A stretch of 64,000 bases of DNA, taken from assembly GCA_965140415.1 (NCBI GenBank), contig OZ223209.1, forward strand, positions 352,001 to 416,000, given 5' to 3'. The DNA comes from Myxococcota bacterium (GTDB taxonomy: Bacteria > Myxococcota_A > SURF-8). The notes under the pieces are model-generated. The model ran no database searches and had not been told where the DNA came from. It saw only the letters and a list, made by a program, of their open reading frames with translations. Both the position numbers and the translations under genes were made by a program. Position 1 is the first letter of the stretch; every line of letters starts with the position of its first letter. Shown here piece after piece: positions 19,779 to 28,891 of the stretch.

Positions 19779-21965
19779 TCAGTCCGTTCGGTAGTCGATC
19801 ACGCGCTCGACACTGAGGATTCCCTTTTGACGTCGTATGGCGCGTTTGAGCTTGTCGAGTTGTTCCTCGCTTTTAATGTGGAACTTGAAAATACTGGTGC
19901 CACGCCCGGCGTCGCTGCTGGCCCAGACACTGAGAATGTTGATACGAAAATCCGAAAAAATCGCCGAGACGTGAGTGAGCAGGCCGGGTTGATCTTTGCC
20001 GATCACTTTCAGAGCAACCGGAAGTTCCAATTGCTGTTTTTCATCCCAGTAGGCTTCCAGCACACGTTCCGGCTCGGCCTTGGGTAACATGCGGCAGTCG
20101 GCTCGGTGAATGGTTACACCGTGTCCGCGCGTCACGAAGCCGACAATGGCATCTCCGGGTATCGGTGAGCAGCACTTGGCGAAACGTACCATCATGTTGT
20201 CGATATCGGAAATACAGATACCCGACTTGGAACGCTTGTTGCGATGCACCGGCGGGGCCGGTGGTTCTTCATAAAGTTTCGCTTTATCTTCTTCTTTTTC
20301 CTGTTCGGGAGCGTGTTTCCCAAGCAACTCGGAAATGCGCGCCTTGCCACGACCGATGGCGATCAGGGCTTCGTCGATGTTGCGGTAGCGCATGTTTTTG
20401 AGCGACTCGTCCAACTCACCGTCTTTTTGCAGACGATTGAAGTTGAGCCCATGTTTCTTGAACTCACGCTCGACCAGTTCGCGCCCCAGTTCCCGGCTCT
20501 TTTCGCGCTCTTCCTCGCGCAGCGCATGGCGGATCTTGTTCTTGGCGCGCGAAGTTTTAACGAAGTCCAGCCATTCCTTGTTGGGATGCTGGTTTTTCGA
20601 AGTCATAATGGAGACTTCGTCGCCGTTTCGAAGCTGGTATTTCAACGGAACGATTTTTCCGTTGACCTTGGCACCGGTGCAATGCATTCCGACTTCGCTG
20701 TGAATCGAAAAGGCAAAATCCAGTGGCGTCGATTCGATGGGCAGTTCGCGCACATCACCGTCCGGCGTGAAAACGAATACGTAATCGCTGAACAAATCCA
20801 GCCGCAACAAATCGATGAACTCGTTGGGGTCGTCTGCTTCGCTGTAGGAGGAAGTCAACTGCCGCAGCCAGTTGATCTGCGAATGTTCCTTGGGATCGTA
20901 ACCGCTGTGGCCCTGCTCCTTGTAGCTCCAATGAGCGGCCACGCCGTTTTCGGCGATGTCGTGCATATGGCGCGTGCGGATCTGAATTTCCATGCGGTCG
21001 CCGTAGGGACCGACCACGATGGTGTGCAACGACTGGTACCCGTTGGGCTTGGGCATGGCGATGTAATCCTCGAACATGCCCTGAATCGGTCGCCACAAGG
21101 TGTGAACCAGACCCAGCGTTTGGTAACACTGCTCCAGGTTCTGCACGATGATGCGAAAGGCCACCAAATCGTAAAGCTGGTCCATGCCGATCAGCTTACG
21201 TCGGATTTTGCGATAGATCGAATAGTAGTGCTTGGTGCGTCCGTAGACCTTGGCCTCGATGTTATGCTCCGACAGCACGTCTTTCATTTGCCGCACGACG
21301 TTGTCTACGTGGGTGCGCTGTTCCTGTTGGTAACGGGCGACGTACTCGGTGATCTCGGTATATTCTTCAGGATGCAGCACACCCAGAGATAAATTCTCCA
21401 ACTCGCTTTTCAACCAGTGGATACCCAGTCGGCTGGCAATAGGGGCGTATATGTCCAGCGTTTCCTGCGCCAGTTGCTGCCGCCGGTCCGCATCGGCGAT
21501 CAGTTGCAGATCGCGCATGACCTGCAAGCGGTCGGCCAGTTTGATGAAAATGACGCGGATTTCGGAAGCCATCGCCAGAAACATCTTGCGAAAGCTTTTA
21601 GCCTGTTCGGCCTGGCGACTGCGAAAGTTGAGTCGGCTCAGCATCGTGACTTCATTGACCAGAAATGCAACTTCTTTTCCAAACTGCTGTTCGATTTCTT
21701 CGTTGGTCGCCAGATTTTCCACCTGAGCATCGTGTAATAGCGCGGCGGCCACGCTTTTATCATCCATATGTAAGCGGACAACCTGTGCTGCCACTTCCAC
21801 CGGATGCACGAGGAAAGCGTCTCCCAGCTTTGATTTCTTTTGACCGTGCCAGAGCATGGTCTGATCGTAGGCGCGCCGCAGCAGATCGGCGTCGGCGTTG
21901 GGTGCATAGCCGAGCACCTCGTCCAGAACGGACTTGAAACGAGATTTAATCGATGGGGGGGTCAT
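19779..21965 (-). CDS. relA: Long RelA/SpoT homolog (HD-SYNTH-TGS-ZFD-ACT)
   Basis: IKLADRL, IYAPIA.RLG, GRTKH, PKPNGYQSLHT, EIQIRT, GVAAHW.YK, TGS, AKCC.PIPGD, ACT. Confidence 0.95.
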   Translation of the reverse strand: MTPPSIKSRFKSVLDEVLGYAPNADADLLRRAYDQTMLWHGQKKSKLGDAFLVHPVEVAAQVVRLHMDDKSVAAALLHDAQVENLATNEEIEQQFGKEVAFLVNEVTMLSRLNFRSRQAEQAKSFRKMFLAMASEIRVIFIKLADRLQVMRDLQLIADADRRQQLAQETLDIYAPIASRLGIHWLKSELENLSLGVLHPEEYTEITEYVARYQQEQRTHVDNVVRQMKDVLSEHNIEAKVYGRTKHYYSIYRKIRRKLIGMDQLYDLVAFRIIVQNLEQCYQTLGLVHTLWRPIQGMFEDYIAMPKPNGYQSLHTIVVGPYGDRMEIQIRTRHMHDIAENGVAAHWSYKEQGHSGYDPKEHSQINWLRQLTSSYSEADDPNEFIDLLRLDLFSDYVFVFTPDGDVRELPIESTPLDFAFSIHSEVGMHCTGAKVNGKIVPLKYQLRNGDEVSIMTSKNQHPNKEWLDFVKTSRAKNKIRHALREEEREKSRELGRELVEREFKKHGLNFNRLQKDGELDESLKNMRYRNIDEALIAIGRGKARISELLGKHAPEQEKEEDKAKLYEEPPAPPVHRNKRSKSGICISDIDNMMVRFAKCCSPIPGDAIVGFVTRGHGVTIHRADCRMLPKAEPERVLEAYWDEKQQLELPVALKVIGKDQPGLLTHVSAIFSDFRINILSVWASSDAGRGTSIFKFHIKSEEQLDKLKRAIRRQKGILSVERVIDYRTD

Positions 21966-22581
21966 AATCGAATTCGGCTAGCAGCCGCTCCAGATCATCC
22001 TGGCTGAAGGAGGTTTCCGTTTGGGTCTCCGTAATAACGGCCTCCAACTCGTCGACGGCGTTTTCCAGGACGTCGTTCAAGATAATGAAATCGTAATGCC
22101 GCGCCTGGTATAGTTCTCCAGCGGCGTTACGCAGGCGTTTGGCGATCTCCGCCGGATCGTCCGTTTTCCGTTCGCGCAGTCTCCGCTCCAGTTCCATTCG
22201 GGACGGAGGCGAGATGAAGATCAGGGTGCATTCCGGATAGACTTCCTTCAACTTCTGCGCGCCCTGCACGTCGATGTCGAAGATCACCCGTTTTCCCTGC
22301 GCCAGAAGCTGCTCGACGAATTCTCGGCTGCTGCCATAGTAGTGTCCGTGCACTTGCGCCCATTCCAGGAAATCTCCCCGGTCACGCCGGTCGAAGAATT
22401 CGCGCTGGGTCAGAAAGTAGTATTCGCGCCCGTGCTGCTCGTCGCCCCGCCGGGGACGAGTCGTGCAGGAGATGGACATCATGAATTCCGGGCGGCGCGT
22501 GGACACCGCTTTGGTCAAGGTCGATTTGCCCGCTCCCGAGGGGGCGGAAACCACGTATAGATGTCTTCCCTTCTCGCTCAC
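21946..22581 (-). CDS. gmk: Guanylate kinase
   Basis: SAPSGAGKST, SCTTRPRR, EWAQVHGHYYG, DIDVQGA. Confidence 0.95.
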   Translation of the reverse strand: MSEKGRHLYVVSAPSGAGKSTLTKAVSTRRPEFMMSISCTTRPRRGDEQHGREYYFLTQREFFDRRDRGDFLEWAQVHGHYYGSSREFVEQLLAQGKRVIFDIDVQGAQKLKEVYPECTLIFISPPSRMELERRLRERKTDDPAEIAKRLRNAAGELYQARHYDFIILNDVLENAVDELEAVITETQTETSFSQDDLERLLAEFDYDPPID

Positions 22582-22625
22582 GCCCGGTCCTTCCTATCGC
22601 TATTACCCTATACAGGGCATTGTTA

Positions 22626-23504
22626 TTATTCGACGTTTTGAATCTGTTCGCGCAGTTTTTCCAACTCGCTTTTGATTTCGACCACCATGCGCGAAATGTC
22701 CGCACTGCTGTTTTTCGAGCCGATGGTGTTGGCTTCCCGGTTCATCTCCTGAATCAGGAAATCGATTTTACGCCCGACCGGTTCGTCGTTGTCTAGAAAC
22801 CCCAGAAACTGTTGAATATGACTGCGCAGCCGTGTGATTTCCTCTGTAATATCACAACGGTCGGCAAAGTAAAGCACTTCCTGGGCCAGACGCGACTGAT
22901 CCAATTCCTGTGGCTTGATGGCCGAAATTTTCTGTTCCAGGCGGTTTTTATAACTCTCCACCACTTCCGGCGCCAGTTTTTCGATTTGAATGCTTAATTC
23001 CTTGATCGTGTTACAGCGCCCTGCCATATCGACGGCGATGGCTTTCCCTTCCGTTTCCCGCATTTCCGTAACCGATTTCAGCACGGCATCCAGCGCATCC
23101 TTGAGTTTGGTCCACATCAACTCAACGTCGTCATCGGTCCGTTTCAGCGAGATCACTTCCTTGGAATTGACGATCATGCTCAGGTTGACATCCTGCTGGA
23201 TGCCGAACTTGTGCCGGATCGACTGAATCGCCTTGTAATACTTTTCGGCCAGATCCCAGTTGACGCAGACATCTCTCGGCGTGTCGGCATTGGCGGCATC
23301 ACGAATCAGGGAAACTTCAAAGCGCCCCCGCGCAAACACTTTCTTGATGTGTTGCTGGATACGAATATCCAACCCGGCCATGTCATAAGGGACTTTGACC
23401 TTGACGTCGATGAATTTGCTGTTCACCGACCGGACTTCGAGGCGGTGGTGGTAATCCGCCAGCACCACGGATACGGATCCGAATCCTGTCATTGATTTGA
23501 TCAT
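22626..23504 (-). CDS. yicC: YicC/YloC family endoribonuclease
   Basis: MIKSMTGFG, SVNS, DITEEITRL, GRKIDFLIQEMNREANTIGSK, REQIQNVE. Confidence 0.95.
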   Translation of the reverse strand: MIKSMTGFGSVSVVLADYHHRLEVRSVNSKFIDVKVKVPYDMAGLDIRIQQHIKKVFARGRFEVSLIRDAANADTPRDVCVNWDLAEKYYKAIQSIRHKFGIQQDVNLSMIVNSKEVISLKRTDDDVELMWTKLKDALDAVLKSVTEMRETEGKAIAVDMAGRCNTIKELSIQIEKLAPEVVESYKNRLEQKISAIKPQELDQSRLAQEVLYFADRCDITEEITRLRSHIQQFLGFLDNDEPVGRKIDFLIQEMNREANTIGSKNSSADISRMVVEIKSELEKLREQIQNVE

Positions 23505-23550
23505 GGTGTGTACCATCCAATCTTGTATGTTGGTAAAGTTTCATGCTGTT

Positions 23551-23579
23551 ATGGTAGAGGCAAATCGAGGCGCTGTCAA
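23551..23579 (-). promoter_or_regulatory. Sigma70-type promoter for yicC operon
   Basis: TTGACA-17 bp-TACCAT on minus strand, ~45 bp upstream of yicC. Confidence 0.6.
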
Positions 23580-23690
23580 ATCCGGGAAAATTCTATTTCC
23601 GGAGCAGACGCAATGGCAGGGAGAAAATATCGTGTTGTAGAAAAATTGTTGTGATGAAGAGAGGCGAATAGGGGAATCTTCGGAACTAGA

Positions 23691-25031
23691 TTAGATCACG
23701 TCCGTGCCTTTTTTGATAATCCACAGATCACCGACCCGACGGTAGAAGTCCTCCGGTTCCAACTCGGTTTTCATCACGCTGTTGAAGAAATTGTATTTGG
23801 ACAGGTCGTTGTCGATGATACGATCCTTCTGTTCCTCATAATATGGCGTGCCGGGCATGGGGGTGAGAATCGTATATCCTGCATACACTACACGATGTGA
23901 AGACGCATACTCTTGTAACGCGCTGAAGTCGTCTTCGGTGTAATCGGGCGGCACCACGTAATTGCCACGAATCATGATGCCGTTCTGGTGGAAAATCTCG
24001 ATGGCTTCCCGGATGAATTCGGCTTGTGAAGATTTGTTGTAGTGTCGCAGTTCCTCGTTGCGGAAGGACTCGAAACCGCAGATCACGACCTTCAAGCCAC
24101 CCTTGGCCAGTTTCTCTACCAGTTTCGGGTGCTTGGCCACAGCGTCCACGCGCAGATCCATAATGAAGAATTTGCGGATGCCTTCTTCGTCGATGCGGTC
24201 GAAAAGCTTGGAAAGAAACTCCTCACCTACCATGGAGTTGGCGTCGGCAAAACGTACTACCGGGTAGTCGTCGCAGCGTTTCAATTCCTCGATGACGCTT
24301 TCCACCTCGCGCTGGCGATACGCGCCGCCATACTGCGGCCAGATCGAACAGAAAGTACAGCGATAGGGACAGCCCAGCGATGTAAACACGTAGGTCGCCG
24401 GATCGGGTGATTTGCCGACTTTATAGGTTTCCCGCCAACGCGCCAACAGTCGCCGGTCGGGCATCAGGAAATCTTTCGTCGCCGACAGGCATTCACGTTC
24501 AGCCGGACCGGTGAAACGATACTCTTGGCCGTCGTTCAAATAGATGCCGCCGATTTGCTGCAAAGGCCGTCCCTGCTCCAACGCCTGCACGACTTCGCGG
24601 AAAACGTGCGCCGATTCACCTGGACAGACAATGTCCACCGGTTTTCCGGCGAAATCCTGCGGACACAGTGTCGCATGTAACCCACCGGCAACCGTTACGA
24701 TTTCCGGGTTGACCTGCTTGGCGACACGCAAAATCTCCATGCCGTCGTAGAATTCGGAAGCGATTACGGTAGTGGCGACGATATCCGGTTGTTCTCTCTC
24801 GATAATTTCGCGCACGAAGGCTGCAAGTGGCGGCGTATCCGGGTTCAGGTCGTATTCGCCCTTGGTTTCGATAAACACCACATCGTGATCTTTGACCGCC
24901 TCAGCGACTGTCAATAACCCGAGTGGAGGACCGATCAGCTTTTTATGGATAAAAGGTCGAGCCTGTTCGCTTGCGTGTTCCAGAATTCCGTTGTGCGGGG
25001 AACGCGGCGTGTTGATCAGCAGAATTTTCAT
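23691..25031 (-). CDS. B12-binding radical SAM enzyme
   Basis: N-terminal cobalamin-binding domain (PPLGLL, AGGLHAT) and TSLGCPYRCTFC (CxxxCxxC), GFES, ILTPMPGT. Confidence 0.92.
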   Translation of the reverse strand: MKILLINTPRSPHNGILEHASEQARPFIHKKLIGPPLGLLTVAEAVKDHDVVFIETKGEYDLNPDTPPLAAFVREIIEREQPDIVATTVIASEFYDGMEILRVAKQVNPEIVTVAGGLHATLCPQDFAGKPVDIVCPGESAHVFREVVQALEQGRPLQQIGGIYLNDGQEYRFTGPAERECLSATKDFLMPDRRLLARWRETYKVGKSPDPATYVFTSLGCPYRCTFCSIWPQYGGAYRQREVESVIEELKRCDDYPVVRFADANSMVGEEFLSKLFDRIDEEGIRKFFIMDLRVDAVAKHPKLVEKLAKGGLKVVICGFESFRNEELRHYNKSSQAEFIREAIEIFHQNGIMIRGNYVVPPDYTEDDFSALQEYASSHRVVYAGYTILTPMPGTPYYEEQKDRIIDNDLSKYNFFNSVMKTELEPEDFYRRVGDLWIIKKGTDVI

Positions 25032-25660
25032 GATACGCGACGTTTTCCAACCTGAGTGTGCGCCTGTTTGCGAATCAAGGTCTCCGCCGTCTTCAATAGT
25101 TCCTTGCGATCCACGATCAGATCCACTAAGCCGATATTGGCGGCTTCATCCGCCAGCACCGTGCGGCCCGACAAAATCAGCTCCGTTGCTCGCGATGCCC
25201 CCAAAAGCTCCGTCAGACGCACGACGCCGCCGCAACCGGGCATCAAATTGAAACTGACTTCGGGTAAAGAGAACACGGCCCGGCGTGCCGCGATGCGAAA
25301 ATCGCAGGCAAGCGCCATTTCCAGACCCACTCCCAAGCAGCAGCCACCAATAGCTGCCACCACTGGGAAAGGGGCATCTTCGAAGGCTTTGAAATTGAGG
25401 ATGTTCTCTTCCAGCCGTTCTTCCGGGTTTTCGATCAAAGGCTCTTCACTGTCGAACATCGCCTGTAATTCCGGTACGTTGGCGCCACTGCTAAAGTGCC
25501 GCCCTGCACCGTGGATGATCAAACCCTGTACCTGTAGAGAAGGCAGAACCTCTTTACGAAATTCGGTAATCTTGGCGAAAAACGCCAGATCCATTTCATT
25601 TCTGGGTGGCCGATCCAGTACCAGATAGCCGATCCCGTCTTTTTCCGTTAGACGTAGCAT
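25028..25660 (-). CDS. Enoyl-CoA hydratase/isomerase (crotonase) family
   Basis: HFSSGAN, GCCLGVGLEMALACDFRIA, SLPEV...LMPG.GG. Confidence 0.9.
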   Translation of the reverse strand: MLRLTEKDGIGYLVLDRPPRNEMDLAFFAKITEFRKEVLPSLQVQGLIIHGAGRHFSSGANVPELQAMFDSEEPLIENPEERLEENILNFKAFEDAPFPVVAAIGGCCLGVGLEMALACDFRIAARRAVFSLPEVSFNLMPGCGGVVRLTELLGASRATELILSGRTVLADEAANIGLVDLIVDRKELLKTAETLIRKQAHTQVGKRRVS

Positions 25661-26082
25661 TCCGTTTCCTGAACCACTACCAGGCCATAGGCCTGCGTCC
25701 GTGTATGCGACACACTGATGTGAAGTCTGTCGATTGTTTTTGCGGCCTGCTTGGCGGGCAGGCCCGAAAGCGTAACAATGCGTGGTGCGCCCTTCTCCGA
25801 GTGACCGAGTTCGATATCCCGTTCCGACAAAGCCGGAGAATGCGCCTCATCACCCAAATAACATAACACTGCGCGTTTCAGCGCTACAGCACCCGCCAGG
25901 CTCTGCATCGAGCGCCCGGCATATTCATCTCGTTCACGCTTGCTGAAAGAAGAGAATAGCACCTCCTCACGACGCTTGCGTAACGGATCGATTTCCACTA
26001 CTTCCAGATACGTGACGATCTGTCCGGTTTCGGCTACCGAAGAGATTTCATCGTTGAAGGTCTGTGCCGCTTTTTCTACCAT
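25648..26082 (-). CDS. AcpS-like protein with degenerate catalytic motifs
   Basis: FSKRER, SLAGAVALKRAV, DIEL....GAP, LHISVSHT..AYG match the AcpS fold; GxD is replaced by YLE and KEA by KRA. Confidence 0.7.
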   Translation of the reverse strand: MVEKAAQTFNDEISSVAETGQIVTYLEVVEIDPLRKRREEVLFSSFSKRERDEYAGRSMQSLAGAVALKRAVLCYLGDEAHSPALSERDIELGHSEKGAPRIVTLSGLPAKQAAKTIDRLHISVSHTRTQAYGLVVVQETECYV

Positions 26083-26098
26083 ATTTGCCCGATTCCAC

Positions 26099-26812
26099 TT
26101 AACGATGGCGACGCGCCATTTCACAAAACAGCGACGTTTCCTCTCGCAGGGCCTCATCTTTGGGCATACGTTCTCCATTGTGAATTGCCGTCATGATCGC
26201 ACGAATCAACTCCGGGGGACGTCCTACGGTCAGGCTGCGTAAAAAAGTCAGACCTTCTTTTTCCAAGTCCTTGGGTGCGGTAGTGCAATCCACCAGACCC
26301 ATTTCAAAAGCTTCCATGCCGGAAATCAGTTTCCCGGACAGAATCAGTGACAAGGCCCGCCCGCGCCCCATTACCTGCTGCGCACGCACAGTGCCTCCGA
26401 AACCGGGTAACAGGTCGCGTTCCGATTCGGGCAGACCCAATAGCGCCGTCGTCGTGGCGTACCGGAAATGACAGGCCAGAGCCAACTCCAAGCCAGCCCC
26501 CATGCAACTTCCTGAAATCAAGGCAATAACTGGAACGGTAGCCGTGGAAATCATGTTCAGCAGGGTTTTACCTTCGTCCAACAAAGCCGCAAAACCGGTG
26601 GCGTCCACCTGCTCGCGTAATTGCTTCAAATCCGCCCCGGCGCAGAAATGTCTCCCCTTGCCTTTAACGATCACCGCTTTGATCGTCGGTTCGTTCAGGA
26701 AATCATGCAATTCCTGCCGATCGGCGAACACCGGTTCCGTCAAGGTGTTATAGGGAGGATTGCTCAATTCAATCCATCCTATTTTATCTTTGATGGTGTA
26801 GGTCAGTTGCAA
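26099..26812 (-). CDS. Enoyl-CoA hydratase/isomerase (crotonase) family
   Basis: NPPYN, HFCAGADL, GSCMGAGLELALACHFR, GLPE...LLPGFGG. Confidence 0.9.
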   Translation of the reverse strand: MQLTYTIKDKIGWIELSNPPYNTLTEPVFADRQELHDFLNEPTIKAVIVKGKGRHFCAGADLKQLREQVDATGFAALLDEGKTLLNMISTATVPVIALISGSCMGAGLELALACHFRYATTTALLGLPESERDLLPGFGGTVRAQQVMGRGRALSLILSGKLISGMEAFEMGLVDCTTAPKDLEKEGLTFLRSLTVGRPPELIRAIMTAIHNGERMPKDEALREETSLFCEMARRHR

Positions 26813-26873
26813 TGCTGACTCCTTCCCGTTGTATCAGGATTGAAACCGCGTACCGGGCCACAACCGAAGAAAC

Positions 26874-27962
26874 TCATTCCATCGCTTTGAAATACGACAA
26901 TCCACTTCTCTCGAAAGCGAGTTGCAAGCGCCGATCCAGACCGGAGGCCTGCTCTTGTGACAACAGCGACAAAAACTCCTGTTCCGCCTGATAGACGGAA
27001 TCCAGGACCAGCTCAAGACCGTTCTCGTCGATCCATTTCCGTTGCAGCACGCGGCGGCAACTCTGTACGACAAGATCCCGCAGGTCTTCCGCCCAATGTG
27101 GTGGTTCGCTTTCTACATCCATCTCCAACCACGGCAATGGTTCACCACAAAGTAAACCATCTCTATTCTTTGTACCACCTTTACCGCGTCTTACCAACTC
27201 CGAAAGCAATTTTAATAGCGGTTCGTAGTCTTTACGCTCCGTTTCCGGCATACGCTCCAGGTAATTTCCGACCGCAGGCAATAGGACATCCAACCCGATT
27301 GCATCCATCATCGACAACTGCCCGGCAGGGATCAGCGGATGTCGGCTGGCCGATTCCACCCGAGTGGCGGGGATACCCAATAGCAGAAGACGGCAGACTT
27401 CCGCTTGAATCGGCAATAGCAGACGATTGGCGGTAAAAGCGTTTTCCTCTTTCTGCATCACGGGTTTCAGTTCGTAACGACTGAGAAAATCGAGCAGGCG
27501 CGTGTGTTTATCGGAAGGATAACCATCGGGTATTATCACTTCCACCAGGGTCGTCAACTGCACCGGATAAAAGAAGTGCAACGCGGCCAGATCCGGATAC
27601 AAATCATCCGGCAGGATGGAACTGGAATTGCTGAACAACAGGGTTTGGCGATCCAATCGCGACATGACCGAGTCGATTGCACCCTGCTTTACCGGCAAGG
27701 ATTCCGCTACGCTCTCCAATACGATATCCGGCGGTTGCGTCAGAGGATCGCCATAGCGCAGAAAACGGACGGCTGGAAGCGGTTGTGACCCATCGGAAAG
27801 ACGAGCCATGCGTTTTTGAATCTTGCTGATGCGTTTTTTGAGTTTACTCAAGCGCTCGTCATCGGTGGACATCCACCAGACGTGACACCCGCGTTGCAGA
27901 AAGTACTCCCCTATGTTTTGCGCCATTTTTCCCGAACCCAGAATCAGTAGCCGTTCGGTCAC
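26874..27962 (-). CDS. 3-hydroxyacyl-CoA dehydrogenase family protein
   Basis: LGSGKMA Rossmann motif, ESVAE...K, SNSSSI, LHFFYPV...LVEV, F.ANRLL, MDAIGLD; GTG overlaps the fabD stop. Confidence 0.85.
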   Translation of the reverse strand: MTERLLILGSGKMAQNIGEYFLQRGCHVWWMSTDDERLSKLKKRISKIQKRMARLSDGSQPLPAVRFLRYGDPLTQPPDIVLESVAESLPVKQGAIDSVMSRLDRQTLLFSNSSSILPDDLYPDLAALHFFYPVQLTTLVEVIIPDGYPSDKHTRLLDFLSRYELKPVMQKEENAFTANRLLLPIQAEVCRLLLLGIPATRVESASRHPLIPAGQLSMMDAIGLDVLLPAVGNYLERMPETERKDYEPLLKLLSELVRRGKGGTKNRDGLLCGEPLPWLEMDVESEPPHWAEDLRDLVVQSCRRVLQRKWIDENGLELVLDSVYQAEQEFLSLLSQEQASGLDRRLQLAFERSGLSYFKAME

Positions 27963-28891
27963 AGCCCCAACTCCTTTGTAAATTTCTTTCCATTGATATA
28001 CTTCATGGAAAAGGGGAAAAAGCGGCCATTCTGCGTCAGGGAAACTCCCGGTCCGCATTCGATTACGCGGGTAATGTTCTGGGCGTGCAAGGTCTCTACT
28101 ACATGTTGCCAGTGGATGGGTGTACTCAGGTTGGCGGCGGTAAAGCTTTTCAGCGCATCGGCATCTTGCATCAATACCTGGTCGATGGAGGAAACAACAG
28201 GGATTGAAGGATCCTGCCAGGCCAACGTATCTAAAAAGTTAGAGAATCGTACACTGGCCTCGCGCAAAAAGCCGGGATGGTGATAGGGAATGGAGACGTG
28301 CAGTTTTTCCGCCTTCAACGCATCGCGGCGCATGGCCTGTTGCAGAAAATGCTCGACATCCTCGATTTTTCCGGAAACAACCTTGCAGATATCGTTATTG
28401 GAATTGACCTGTACCACCGAGGCGAAACGCTTGTCCGAGAGCAGTTCATCGACATCCGGCTGGGTCAGTCCCACCACGATTCCCATACCGAAACGACCTT
28501 CGCCGCAGACCTCGTGCATGTCGGTATAAGCTTGTTGCAGGATTCTCAATCCATCCGAATAAGACAAGGCCCCGCTAACACATAAGGCGGCGTAGATTCC
28601 GAAACTGTAACCAGCCAACAGATCGACGGTGATCCCTCGCCTGCTCAACACGTTGAACACACCTACACTGAACGAATAGGTAAAGAACTGGCGTTGCGCT
28701 TCATTCAGTTCGTCAATACGCCCCGATTCAAGTCGTTTCGCCAGGTTCTGGCCGATCACATCACCGGCTTCTTCCAAAAGCGGTTTCAATTCCGTTTTCT
28801 GCGCGCGGTAGAAATCGGCTTCGCCTCCATACAGGCGCACTCCGACTCCGGGAAAAGCCGCCGCTGTTTTATGGTTGCCGGTATCCGTCAT
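27959..28891 (-). CDS. fabD: ACP S-acyl(malonyl)transferase, FabD-like
   Basis: FPGVG, AGYSFG nucleophile, VNSN...VVSG, PIHWQ, IECGPG..L. Confidence 0.8.
   Translation of the reverse strand: MTDTGNHKTAAAFPGVGVRLYGGEADFYRAQKTELKPLLEEAGDVIGQNLAKRLESGRIDELNEAQRQFFTYSFSVGVFNVLSRRGITVDLLAGYSFGIYAALCVSGALSYSDGLRILQQAYTDMHEVCGEGRFGMGIVVGLTQPDVDELLSDKRFASVVQVNSNNDICKVVSGKIEDVEHFLQQAMRRDALKAEKLHVSIPYHHPGFLREASVRFSNFLDTLAWQDPSIPVVSSIDQVLMQDADALKSFTAANLSTPIHWQHVVETLHAQNITRVIECGPGVSLTQNGRFFPFSMKYINGKKFTKELGL

Noticed and set aside
20244-21392. 382-aa plus-strand ORF (similarly 4940-5872, 45464-46441, 55261-56151, 57380-58186, 61114-61983)
   Set aside because: Each lies opposite a well-supported gene and has no motif; typical antisense ORFs from GC-rich codon bias.
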